Source: an uncultured Caulobacterales bacterium (lineage in GTDB: Bacteria; Pseudomonadota; Alphaproteobacteria; Caulobacterales; Parvularculaceae). Taken from it: a DNA stretch of 64,000 nt. Shown here piece by piece: positions 47,184 through 56,919 of this stretch. Position 1 is the stretch's first letter, and each line of letters begins with the position of its first letter. Under the pieces are notes generated by a model. It ran no database searches, had not been told where the DNA came from, and was given only the letters and a program-made list of their open reading frames with translations. The stretch covers positions 1,293 through 65,292 of the forward strand of contig CAZOEB010000004.1 of the NCBI GenBank assembly GCA_964578685.1. Direction: 5' to 3'. Made by a program: the position numbers and the translations under genes.

Positions 47184-47437
47184 GTATTCTTCTCCAGGAC
47201 TTATGGAGTCCCGTGGCTGTTCAACGGCGCTTCAACCGCTTTCCGGCGCCGCGCTCAACGTCGAAGCGATGGAGCGGCGCAGGCTTGCGACGAGCCGGTC
47301 GGGCCTCATTCCGGGTCATCGCAGCGTCTTATAACGGCACAGTTAACGATTTCCGGCAGGTTTACGCCCGAAATTCGGTTTTGGACCCCGACTGCCGCCG
47401 CCGGAGCACACATTGTTGAAATGTTGCATAAAAGAAA

Positions 47438-47511
47438 TGGAGGCCACGCCCGGAATTGAACCGGGGTACGAGGTTTTGCAGACCTCTGCGTCACCACTCC
47501 GCCACGTGGCC
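47438..47511 (-). tRNA. tRNA-Cys (anticodon GCA)
   Basis: The reverse complement GGCCACGTGGCGGAGTGGTGACGCAGAGGTCTGCAAAACCTCGTACCCCGGTTCAATTCCGGGCGTGGCCTCCA has a CT-GCA-AA anticodon loop, a GTTCAATTC T-loop and an encoded CCA. Confidence 0.9.
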
Positions 47512-47648
47512 TCTAAGACGCCCCCGGACCGGCCGGGGGAGGGGTCCTTTAGCGCGAGGCCTTCAAGGCGTCAAAAGCCTTCTTGGAGCGGTTGCCCCAA
47601 GGGTCGGCTGGGGTTAATCGCGTCCTCGCATTTTCAAGCGTGACGACG

Positions 47649-48302
47649 ATGGATTTCGAGGCTGCGCGCAAGCACATGGTGGACAGCCAGGTGCGCACCA
47701 ATGACGTAACCGACCTTCGCATTCAGCGGGCGTTTGAGTCTGTTCCGCGCGAGCTGTTTCTGCCGGCCGAACTCAGGGCGCTCGCTTATGTCGATCGCGA
47801 GGTCGTCTATGCGGACGGGCGGTCTCTGCCGACGCCCCGTGATTTTTCGAAACTGCTCGCCGCGTCGCACATCAGGCCCGGCGACCTCGTGCTGGATGTC
47901 GGCTGCGGCGTCGGTTATTCAACGGCCGTTCTGGCCGCCCTGTGCGACATGGTTGTCGCTGTCGAGAAGGACAAGACCCTCGCAAAATCCGCGGAGGACG
48001 CGCTTTACCGCGTCGGCGCCGTCAACACGGCGGTTGTGCAGGGCGATCCGGCGTCGGGCGCCGCGCAGCAGGGACCATTTGACGTCATCGTCATCGCCCA
48101 GGCGATCGAAGTCGAGCCGGCGGCGTTGCTCAGCCAGCTGAAAGACGGCGGACGTCTCGGCGCCTTCTTCCGCCGCTGCGGCGTGACAAAAGGCTCGGTC
48201 TGGCGCCGGTCGGGACCGGCGTTCTCCAGGATCGACATGTTCGACGCGTCAGTGCGGACCGTGCTGCAAGGTTTTACCCGGCCTAAAACCTTCGTATTCT
48301 AG
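47649..48302 (+). CDS. pcm: protein-L-isoaspartate O-methyltransferase-like SAM methyltransferase
   Basis: Starts at ATG 47649 (MDFEAARKHMVDSQVRTNDV...RAFESVPRELFLP) and carries the SAM motif VLDVGCGVGYSTAVLA. It lies upstream of tolC, as in many alphaproteobacteria. Confidence 0.65.
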   Translation: MDFEAARKHMVDSQVRTNDVTDLRIQRAFESVPRELFLPAELRALAYVDREVVYADGRSLPTPRDFSKLLAASHIRPGDLVLDVGCGVGYSTAVLAALCDMVVAVEKDKTLAKSAEDALYRVGAVNTAVVQGDPASGAAQQGPFDVIVIAQAIEVEPAALLSQLKDGGRLGAFFRRCGVTKGSVWRRSGPAFSRIDMFDASVRTVLQGFTRPKTFVF

Positions 48303-48358
48303 GAAGGCGCAGGGCGTCAGCGCGTCGTGCCTTGTCAGGCGTTCGCAGGGAGTATGAG

Positions 48359-49672
48359 ATGAAGCGGTTTCTGACGACGGCCTGCGCGTGGTTTTCGGCG
48401 ATGTCAGCGCCCGCAGCCTTCGCCCAAACGCTCGAAGAGGCGCTGTCCGCGGCCTACAATTCGAACCCGACGATCGCCGCCGAGCGCGCGCGTCAGCGCG
48501 CGACGAGAGAGTTGACGCCGCAGGCGATCGCGGGCGCCTTGCCTCAGATCACCGGGGGCGCAAGCTACGTGAAAACCGACGGCTCGCAGACGCTCAATGC
48601 GGCGATCTTCGACCCGACGGCGACGGGCACCACCAAACAGGAATTCAATCTCGCGACGACAAGTTTTCAGGTTTCGGGCGAGCAGCAGATTTTCACCGGC
48701 TTTCGGAATTTCAACGCCATTCGCGCCGCGCGCGCGCGCGTCAAGGCCGGCGCCGCCGAGCTTGCGCTCATTGAACAGGACGTGCTTTCGCGCGCCGCCG
48801 GCGCCTATTTCGACGTCGTTCGCGACATGGAAGTGTTCGGCGCCAACACCAACAACGTCGAGGTGCTGACGCGCCAGAAGCGCGAAGCGGACCTGCGCTT
48901 TGAAGTCGGCGAGGTGACCAAGACCGATGTCGCGCAGGCCGAAGCGCGCCTCGCCCAGGCGCGCGCGAATCTCACGACGGCGCAGGCAAGGCTCGCCGTC
49001 AGCCGAGCAAGCTTTGTCGAGATCATCGGGGCGACGCCGGGAACGCTCGACGAAGATCCGGTGTTGCCCGCCGTCCCGGGGACGCTCGAAGAGGCGCTGG
49101 CGATTTCGCGCGAAGGCGCGCCGTCGATCGTCCGCGCCCGGATGGCCGAACGCGCGCAGAAGCGGAATCTGCAGGTCGCAAAGGGGCAATTTTCGCCGAC
49201 GGTGTCGCTGACGGCGAGCTATCAGTTCGCCGATGAGCCCTCGCTCTTCGCGCTTGAAGACGAGCAGTTCGCCTACGGAGCGCGCGCTTCGGTGCCGATT
49301 TTCCTCGGCGGCCTCAACATCTCGCGCGTTCGCGAAGCCAAGGCGCTGCATGAGCAGAGCCGTCGTCAGGTCGAGGAAGCCGAGCGTCGCGCCGATGCGG
49401 CCGTCATCGGCGCCTTCGAGCAGTTGCAGGCCTCGCGCGCGAACATCCTTTCGGCGAACGCGCAGGTCGCCGCGAGCGAACTCGCGCTCGACGGCGTCCG
49501 GCGCGAGGCCCAGCTCGGCGTGCGCACGACGCTCGACGTGCTCGACGCCGAGCAGGAGTTCCTGAACGCCCGCGTATCGCTCGCAAATGCAGAACGCGAC
49601 GCACGCCTTGCGACATTCCAGCTTCTCGCCGCCATGGGGGCGCTGGGGCCCGATGTCGAAGCGGGTGAATAG
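48359..49672 (+). CDS. tolC: TolC-family outer-membrane channel
   Basis: Starts at ATG 48359, 6 nt after GGGAG, with signal peptide MKRFLTTACAWFSAMSAPAAFAQ. Shows the duplicated TolC repeat pattern (LEEALSAAYNSNP...; LEEALAISREGAP...). Confidence 0.85.
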   Translation: MKRFLTTACAWFSAMSAPAAFAQTLEEALSAAYNSNPTIAAERARQRATRELTPQAIAGALPQITGGASYVKTDGSQTLNAAIFDPTATGTTKQEFNLATTSFQVSGEQQIFTGFRNFNAIRAARARVKAGAAELALIEQDVLSRAAGAYFDVVRDMEVFGANTNNVEVLTRQKREADLRFEVGEVTKTDVAQAEARLAQARANLTTAQARLAVSRASFVEIIGATPGTLDEDPVLPAVPGTLEEALAISREGAPSIVRARMAERAQKRNLQVAKGQFSPTVSLTASYQFADEPSLFALEDEQFAYGARASVPIFLGGLNISRVREAKALHEQSRRQVEEAERRADAAVIGAFEQLQASRANILSANAQVAASELALDGVRREAQLGVRTTLDVLDAEQEFLNARVSLANAERDARLATFQLLAAMGALGPDVEAGE

Positions 49673-49795
49673 CCGCCCGCGCCTTGATTCGCCGCCGTCA
49701 AACAAAGGGTTGCGTGTGCCGGCGAAGCGGCTGAAAGATGCTGCGATCCGCGCCCCGACGGGCGCCAACCCATTTGGACGAGGACATCCGGTCCC

Positions 49796-50284
49796 ATGAG
49801 CAACGCCCAGCCTGAACCGAGCATGGAAGAGATCCTCGCCTCGATCCGCAGGATCATTTCCGAGGACGAGGAGGAGCCGGCCCCGAAGCCGACCCCCCGC
49901 GTCGAGCCTCAACGGGCCGCCGCCGAGCCTGCGCGCCAAGAACCGCTGCGGCCGCCGCCCCGGCCCGCCCCCGTTCAGACGACCCCGCAGCCTGAACCCA
50001 CCTTTGCAACGGAAGATGTTGAAATGATTAGGAAAAATGTGGCGGAAGCAATGGCGGACGATGACTCCATCATTGCCGAACAAACGGCGGCTGCAGCCTC
50101 GAAGGCGTTTATGAACCTCTCTCAGACAGTTCAGGTGTCGGACGGGCGCGGCCGGACGCTTGAAGACATGGTCATCGAAATGCTGAAGCCGATGATCAAG
50201 GACTGGCTCGACGCCAATCTCCCGCAGATCGTCGAGGAGAAGGTCGAAGAGGAAGTCCAGCGCCTCGCCCGCCGCCGCCGCTAG
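49796..50284 (+). CDS. popZ: DUF2497 / pole-organising protein PopZ homologue
   Basis: 162 aa. N-terminal MSNAQPEPSMEEILASIRRIISEDEE, a Pro-rich acidic middle, and C-terminal GRTLEDMVIEMLKPMIKDWLDANLPQIVEEKVEEEVQRL closely parallel Caulobacter PopZ as I recall it. Confidence 0.75.
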   Translation: MSNAQPEPSMEEILASIRRIISEDEEEPAPKPTPRVEPQRAAAEPARQEPLRPPPRPAPVQTTPQPEPTFATEDVEMIRKNVAEAMADDDSIIAEQTAAAASKAFMNLSQTVQVSDGRGRTLEDMVIEMLKPMIKDWLDANLPQIVEEKVEEEVQRLARRRR

Positions 50285-50314
50285 GCAGGCCCCCGCAGGC
50301 AGCGCGTCAAGAAG

Positions 50315-50341
50315 CCGGCGGGCGACCGCCGGTTTTGTTTT
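50315..50341 (+). terminator. Rho-independent terminator after popZ
   Basis: CCGGCGG-GCGA-CCGCCGG followed by TTTTGTTTT. Confidence 0.7.
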
Positions 50342-50391
50342 GCCAGCTTCCGACGCTCGGCTAGGTAATCCTCAGAGCGGAGGCGGAAACC

Positions 50392-52587
50392 ATGACATCC
50401 TTGCAGCGTGCATTGATGACTGCGGCGGCGGTCGGTCTTGTCGTGTCATGCGGAAAGAAAACGGAGGCGCCCACATCCATGGTTGAGAGCCCGACGCCCG
50501 AACTCGTTTATCCGCAAACCGCGACCGTCGCGCAGACGGACGAATTCCAGTCTGCGGCCGCCGGGACGGTCTCGATTGAAGACCCTTATCGCTGGCTGGA
50601 AGACGACGTGCGCGTCAACGCGCAGGTCGCCAAATGGGTCGAGGACCAGAACAGGGTTTCGTCCGCCTATCTCGCCGCGCTTCCGGGACGGGCTGAGATT
50701 GAGCGCCGCCTGACGGAGCTTTTCGATTACGCCCGCTATTCGCTGCCGGAGAAGGAAGGCGCCCGCTATTTCTATTCGAAGAACGACGGGCTTCAGAACC
50801 AGTCCGTCTATTATGTGACCGATGATCCGCGCGCTGACGGGCGCGTGCTGCTCGACCCCAACACATGGTCTGACGACGGAACGGTCGCGCTCGCCGGAAC
50901 GGCGCCCTCGCCCGACGGATCGAAAGTCGCCTATCTCGTGCAGGACGGCGGGTCCGACTGGCGAACGGTCGAAGTCATCGACACGGCGACCGGCGAAAAA
51001 CTCGCCGACCGCGTCGAATGGGTGAAGTTCTCCGGCCTCTCCTGGGCGAAAGACGGTTCCGGATTTTATTACTCGCGTTATCCGGAGACGAGCGCGGAGG
51101 AGAAGTTCACCGCGCTCAACATGAACCAGAAGGTCTATTTCCATCGCCTCGGCGATCCGCAGGCGGAGGACCGCGTCATCATCGAGGATCCGGCGCGGCC
51201 CGATGTCGGCTGGGGCGCCGAGGTGACCGACGACGGGCGCTATCTCGTCGTGTCGTCCTGGCGCGGCACCGACGGCAACGGCCTTCGTTTCATCGACCTC
51301 GCCGCGAACAATAGGACGACGGTCGCGGTCGATGATTTCGCCAATAATCACATCGTCATCGGCAACGCCGGTTCGACCTTCTTCGTGCGGACCGATTTCG
51401 GCGCGCCGAATTATCGCATCGTCGCGGTCGACGCGGCGGACCCTTCGCCGGACAAGTGGCGCACGATCATCGTGGAAGGACGGTTTCCCATCGACGGCGC
51501 AAGCCATGTCGGCGGCAAGCTGATCGTCCAGTATCTTGAGGACGCAAAATCCGTCGTGCGCGTTCACGAGACGGACGGAACGCCGGTGCGTACGGTCGAG
51601 CTTCCCGGCATCGGCGCCGTTGCGGGCTTCGACGGGAGGGCGGACGATCCCGAGACCTTCTATCTCTTCACGTCGTTCAACCGGCCGACGACGATCTACC
51701 GCTACGATGTCGCGAGCGGCGAGAGCGCGATCGTCAAGGCGCCGGAGCTGAAATTCAACCCGGACGACTATGTCGTTGAGCAGGCGTTTTTCGACTCGAC
51801 CGGCGGCGTAAAGGTTCCGATGTTCATCGTTCACCGCAAGGACGTGACGCCGAACGGGGCGCGGTCCGCGCTTCTCTACGGCTATGGCGGCTTCAATGTT
51901 TCGCTGCCCCCCGCGTTCTCCGCCGCGCGGCTCCAGTGGATGGAGATGGGCGGCGTGTTCGCGCTCGCCAATATCCGCGGCGGCGGCGAATACGGCCGCG
52001 ACTGGCACGACGGCGGACGGCTGAAGAACAAGCAGAACGTTTTTGATGATTTCATCAACGCCGCCGAAGCGCTCGTGGACGCCGGCTGGACAAAGCCGGG
52101 ACGCATCGCGATCCAGGGCGGCTCGAACGGCGGCCTCCTCGTCGGCGCCGTCGTCAATCAGCGCCCCGACCTTTTCGGCGCGGCCCTGCCGGCGGTCGGC
52201 GTAATGGACATGCTGCGGTTCAACCAGTTTACGGCGGGCCGGTTCTGGGTCGACGATTACGGCGATCCTGCGGACCCTGAAATGTTCGACGTGCTGAGGG
52301 CCTATTCGCCCTATCACAACATCAAGAGCGGCGCGGCCTATCCGGCGATCCTCGTCACCACGGCGGATACGGACGATCGCGTCGTGCCGGGACACTCGTT
52401 CAAATATGCAGCGGCGCTGCAGGCCGCCGACACCGGACCGCAGCCCAAGCTCATCCGCATCGAAACCCGGGCCGGCCACGGCGCCGGCACGCCGATCTCG
52501 AAGATCATCGAGGAGACGGCGGACGAATGGGCTTTCGCCGCGAAGCATACGGGGCTCGACCCGGCGATATCGGCGCCGTCCAGATAG
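50392..52587 (+). CDS. prolyl oligopeptidase (S9A) lipoprotein
   Basis: 731 aa with lipobox VGLVVSC and an N-terminal DPYRWLED motif. Has a beta-propeller region and a catalytic domain carrying GGSNGGLL (nucleophile Ser), D.RV and GHG. Confidence 0.85.
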   Translation: MTSLQRALMTAAAVGLVVSCGKKTEAPTSMVESPTPELVYPQTATVAQTDEFQSAAAGTVSIEDPYRWLEDDVRVNAQVAKWVEDQNRVSSAYLAALPGRAEIERRLTELFDYARYSLPEKEGARYFYSKNDGLQNQSVYYVTDDPRADGRVLLDPNTWSDDGTVALAGTAPSPDGSKVAYLVQDGGSDWRTVEVIDTATGEKLADRVEWVKFSGLSWAKDGSGFYYSRYPETSAEEKFTALNMNQKVYFHRLGDPQAEDRVIIEDPARPDVGWGAEVTDDGRYLVVSSWRGTDGNGLRFIDLAANNRTTVAVDDFANNHIVIGNAGSTFFVRTDFGAPNYRIVAVDAADPSPDKWRTIIVEGRFPIDGASHVGGKLIVQYLEDAKSVVRVHETDGTPVRTVELPGIGAVAGFDGRADDPETFYLFTSFNRPTTIYRYDVASGESAIVKAPELKFNPDDYVVEQAFFDSTGGVKVPMFIVHRKDVTPNGARSALLYGYGGFNVSLPPAFSAARLQWMEMGGVFALANIRGGGEYGRDWHDGGRLKNKQNVFDDFINAAEALVDAGWTKPGRIAIQGGSNGGLLVGAVVNQRPDLFGAALPAVGVMDMLRFNQFTAGRFWVDDYGDPADPEMFDVLRAYSPYHNIKSGAAYPAILVTTADTDDRVVPGHSFKYAAALQAADTGPQPKLIRIETRAGHGAGTPISKIIEETADEWAFAAKHTGLDPAISAPSR

Positions 52588-52607
52588 CTCTCCAGCGGCG
52601 CCGGGCA

Positions 52608-52635
52608 TTGCTGCAAACCGGTCCTCCGCTATAAC
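52608..52635 (+). promoter_or_regulatory. possible valS promoter
   Basis: TTGCTG, a 16-nt spacer, then TATAAC, about 50 nt upstream of the valS ATG. Confidence 0.25.
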
Positions 52636-52683
52636 GCGTCGTTTCCCTCCGAAACGACGTGCAACACGGCGGACCGCGCATTC

Positions 52684-55440
52684 ATGCTTGAAAAATCCTT
52701 CGATCCGGCCAGCGCCGAACCGCGCCTTTATGAAGCGTGGGAGAAGTCCGGCGCCTTCCGGCCGTCCGGCGACGGCGAGCCCTTCACGATCGTCATTCCC
52801 CCGCCCAACGTGACGGGGTCGCTCCACATGGGGCACGCCCTCAACAACACGCTGCAGGACGTCCTCTGCCGCTTTCACCGGATGCGAGGGGCGTCCGTGC
52901 TGTGGCAGCCGGGAACGGACCATGCCGGCATTGCGACGCAAATGGTCGTCGAGCGCCAGATGATGGAGCGCCAGGAGCCGAAACGCACCGAGATCGGCCG
53001 CGAGAAATTCCTTGAAAAAGTCTGGAAGTGGAAAGCCGAGTCCGGAGGGACGATCATCGCGCAATTAAAGCGCCTCGGCGCCTCCTGCGACTGGAGCCGC
53101 GAGCGCTTCACGATGGATGAGGGCCTTTCCGAGGCGGTGAAAAAGGTCTTCGTCGCGCTCTATCGCGAAGGGCTCATCTATCGCGACAAGCGCCTCGTCA
53201 ACTGGGATCCGAAACTCCTGACCGCGATCTCGGACCTCGAGGTCGAGAACACCGAAGTCGCGGGCCATTTCTGGCACTTCAAATATCCGCTCGAAAACGG
53301 CGAGACCTATCAGTTTCCGGTCGCGCATGATGAGGACGGGAACCCGACCGAATGGGAGACGCGCGACTACATCTCGATCGCGACGACGCGGCCTGAAACG
53401 ATGCTCGGCGACGGCGCCGTCGCCGTCCACCCGTCCGACGAACGCTACGCCCCGATCGTCGGCAAGCGCTGCCTCCTGCCGCTCGCCGACCGCTACATTC
53501 CGATCATCACGGATGATTATCCGGACCCGGACTTCGGGTCAGGCGCGGTCAAGATCACCGGCGCGCATGACTTCAACGACTACAAAGTCGCGATGCGGAA
53601 CGACATTCCGCTCTATGTGCTGATGGATGAGCATGCGCGCATGCTCGACGCCGACTACATCCCGGCGAAATATCGCGGGCTCGACCGTTATGCGGCGCGC
53701 AAGGCGATCGTCGCCGACATCGAGGCGCGCGGCCTCCTCATCAAGGTCGAAGACAAGAAGATCATGCAGCCCTTCGGCGACCGCTCCGGCGTCGTCATCG
53801 AACCGATGCTGACCGATCAGTGGTATGTCGACGCCGAAGAGCTCGCCAAGCGCGCCATTGCGGCGGTCGAGAACGGCGAGACGCGTTTCGTCCCCGAAAA
53901 CTGGGCGAAGACCTACTTCCAGTGGATGCGCAACATCGAACCCTGGTGCGTCTCGCGCCAGCTCTGGTGGGGCCATCAGATACCGGCATGGTACGGGCCG
54001 GACGGCCATGTCTACGTCGCCGAGACCGAAGAGGAAGCGACGAAGGAGGCGATCGTGAGGATGACGGCGGAGGGCTATTCGCTCGCCGACATCAACGCCA
54101 TGCGGTCGGGGGAAGGCGAGGGGCCGCTGCTCGTGCGCGACGAAGACGTGCTCGACACCTGGTTTTCCTCCGCGCTGTGGCCGTTCTCGACCATGGGCTG
54201 GCCCGACCAGACTCCGGAGCTCGCCGCGCGTTATCCGAACAGCGTCCTCGTCACCGCGTTCGACATCATCTTCTTCTGGGTCGCCCGCATGATGATGATG
54301 GGCTGCCATGTGATGAAGGAAGTTCCGTTCAGGGACGTCTACATCCACGCCCTCGTTCTCGACGAGAAGGGGCAGAAAATGTCGAAGTCGAAGGGGAACG
54401 TGATCGATCCCCTGACGCTGATCGACAAATACGGCGCGGATGCGCTGCGCTTCACGCTGGCGGCGATGGCGGCGCAGGGGCGCAACATCCGTCTTTCGGA
54501 AGCGCGCGTCGAAGGCTATCGCAATTTCGGCACGAAGCTGTGGAACGCCGCCCGCTTTTGCGAAATGAACGAATGCCGCTTCGATCCGGCGTTCGATCCC
54601 AAGTCAGCAATGGAAACGCTCAACCAGTGGATCATCCACGAGGCGGGCCTCGCCGCGGCGGAGACGACGGCGGCGCTCGAAACCTACCGTTTCAACGACG
54701 CCGCCGGCGCGATGTACAAATTCGTCTGGAACGTCTTCTGCGACTGGCATCTCGAACTTTCGAAGCCGATCCTCATGGGACCGGACGGCGCGGCGAAAGA
54801 GGAGACGAGGCTGACGACGGCGTGGGTGCTCAGCGAGGCGCTGAAGCTTCTTCACCCGTTCATGCCCTTCATCACTGAAGAGTTGTGGCGGGAAACCGCA
54901 TCGCAAGGGTCCCATCTCATTGTTGCAGAATGGCCGAAGGCGGCGGATTTCCCGCGCAATGACGCGGCGGCCGAAGAGATCAACTGGCTGATCGGGCTTA
55001 TCAGCGCCATCCGCTCCGCGCGGCAGGAAATGAACGTGCCGGCCGGCGCGAAGGTTCCCATGATCGCGGTCGCCGCAGGTCCCGACATTTCGCTCCGTAT
55101 CGACCGTTATCGCGACCTCATCGCGCGGCTTGCGCGGCTGGAGCCTGTCAGCATCGCGCCCGCCGCGCCGAGAGGCGCGGTCCAGGTCGTTCATGAGGGC
55201 GGCGTTTACGCGCTGCCGCTCGCCGGCATTATCGACATCGCAGCCGAGAAAGCGCGCCTCGCGAAAGAAATCGACAAATGCGTCAAGGAAATCGACGCGA
55301 TCGACAAGAAAATGGCGAACCCGAACTTTGTCGAACGCGCGCCGGTTGAGATCGTCGAGGAAAACCGCGAGCGCCGGATCGCGTTCAGCGAACGGCGGGA
55401 AAAACTGGCGGCGGCGCTGAAGCAGATTTCGGAGGCTTAG
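52684..55440 (+). CDS. valS: valyl-tRNA synthetase
   Basis: 918 aa. MLEKSFDP...EPRLY at the N-terminus, PPPNVTGSLHMGHAL (HIGH motif), KMSKSKGN (KMSKS motif) and a C-terminal coiled coil. Confidence 0.95.
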   Translation: MLEKSFDPASAEPRLYEAWEKSGAFRPSGDGEPFTIVIPPPNVTGSLHMGHALNNTLQDVLCRFHRMRGASVLWQPGTDHAGIATQMVVERQMMERQEPKRTEIGREKFLEKVWKWKAESGGTIIAQLKRLGASCDWSRERFTMDEGLSEAVKKVFVALYREGLIYRDKRLVNWDPKLLTAISDLEVENTEVAGHFWHFKYPLENGETYQFPVAHDEDGNPTEWETRDYISIATTRPETMLGDGAVAVHPSDERYAPIVGKRCLLPLADRYIPIITDDYPDPDFGSGAVKITGAHDFNDYKVAMRNDIPLYVLMDEHARMLDADYIPAKYRGLDRYAARKAIVADIEARGLLIKVEDKKIMQPFGDRSGVVIEPMLTDQWYVDAEELAKRAIAAVENGETRFVPENWAKTYFQWMRNIEPWCVSRQLWWGHQIPAWYGPDGHVYVAETEEEATKEAIVRMTAEGYSLADINAMRSGEGEGPLLVRDEDVLDTWFSSALWPFSTMGWPDQTPELAARYPNSVLVTAFDIIFFWVARMMMMGCHVMKEVPFRDVYIHALVLDEKGQKMSKSKGNVIDPLTLIDKYGADALRFTLAAMAAQGRNIRLSEARVEGYRNFGTKLWNAARFCEMNECRFDPAFDPKSAMETLNQWIIHEAGLAAAETTAALETYRFNDAAGAMYKFVWNVFCDWHLELSKPILMGPDGAAKEETRLTTAWVLSEALKLLHPFMPFITEELWRETASQGSHLIVAEWPKAADFPRNDAAAEEINWLIGLISAIRSARQEMNVPAGAKVPMIAVAAGPDISLRIDRYRDLIARLARLEPVSIAPAAPRGAVQVVHEGGVYALPLAGIIDIAAEKARLAKEIDKCVKEIDAIDKKMANPNFVERAPVEIVEENRERRIAFSERREKLAAALKQISEA

Positions 55441-55442
55441 TA

Positions 55443-55723
55443 TTCGGCGTCCGGGGCGATCTTTGGAAGGCTTTTCATCATCAGCACAAGGAACTTCCGT
55501 CGTCCCGGGGCCGCGCGCAGCGCGGAACCCGGGGTCCAACTTCGGCGCCTGGCGGAGACGTGGACCCCGGATCGCCTTCGGCGTCCGGGGGCGGCGGTTG
55601 TATGGTTTGCATTATCAGTACAAGGAGTTTGCGTCACCCCGGGGCGTCGCGAAGCGACGAACCAGGGGTCCGAATTCGGCCGCATCGGAGCGGCGGACGC
55701 CGATCGCTTTCGGCGTCAGGGGT
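55443..55723. repeat. imperfect tandem repeat, about 133-bp unit x 2.1, each unit containing a long GC hairpin
   Basis: Units start at 55443, 55577 and 55709, each with TTCGGCGTC[C/A]GGGG. Shared blocks are ATCAG[C/T]ACAAGGA and CCCGGGG..hairpin..GGGGTCC..TTCGGC. The repeat fills the convergent valS/reductase intergenic gap. Confidence 0.8.
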
Positions 55724-55737
55724 GACGACTTTCAGGC

Positions 55738-56826
<1,089 letters not shown>

Positions 56827-56919
56827 TCATTTCGGGGCGAATGGTTAATCCGCTCTTCACCCCTCGCCGTAGGCCAAACGCCCGCAGTGCAAAACGGGCG
56901 GTAAACGGAGAGAGTAAGC

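Noticed and set aside
47192-47208. Hairpin CTCCA-N7-TGGAG (minus strand) that would sequester the SD of the OMF gene, plus a 32-codon upstream ORF (about 47222-47320) as a possible leader peptide.
   Set aside because: The stem is only 5 bp. The upstream ORF has no SD and an Arg-rich composition expected by chance. The evidence is insufficient for an attenuation mechanism.
47411-47425. Inverted repeat ACATT-GTTGA-AATGT just 3' of tRNA-Cys, considered as a possible operator for the efflux operon.
   Set aside because: It is a short AT-rich 5-bp palindrome about 230 nt from the OMF start, and no cognate regulator gene is nearby. It more likely belongs to tRNA 3' processing or termination, or is chance.
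40815-47511. The RND efflux operon bracketed by tRNA-Asn and tRNA-Cys, considered as a possible tRNA-targeted genomic island.
   Set aside because: There is no integrase or other mobility gene. I could find no direct repeat of either tRNA 3' end at the opposite boundary. Base composition is indistinguishable from the flanks.
55443-55723. The tandem repeat, considered as a CRISPR array.
   Set aside because: There are only about 2 units with a roughly 133-bp period and about 70% identity. There is no short-repeat/unique-spacer alternation, and no cas genes in the window.
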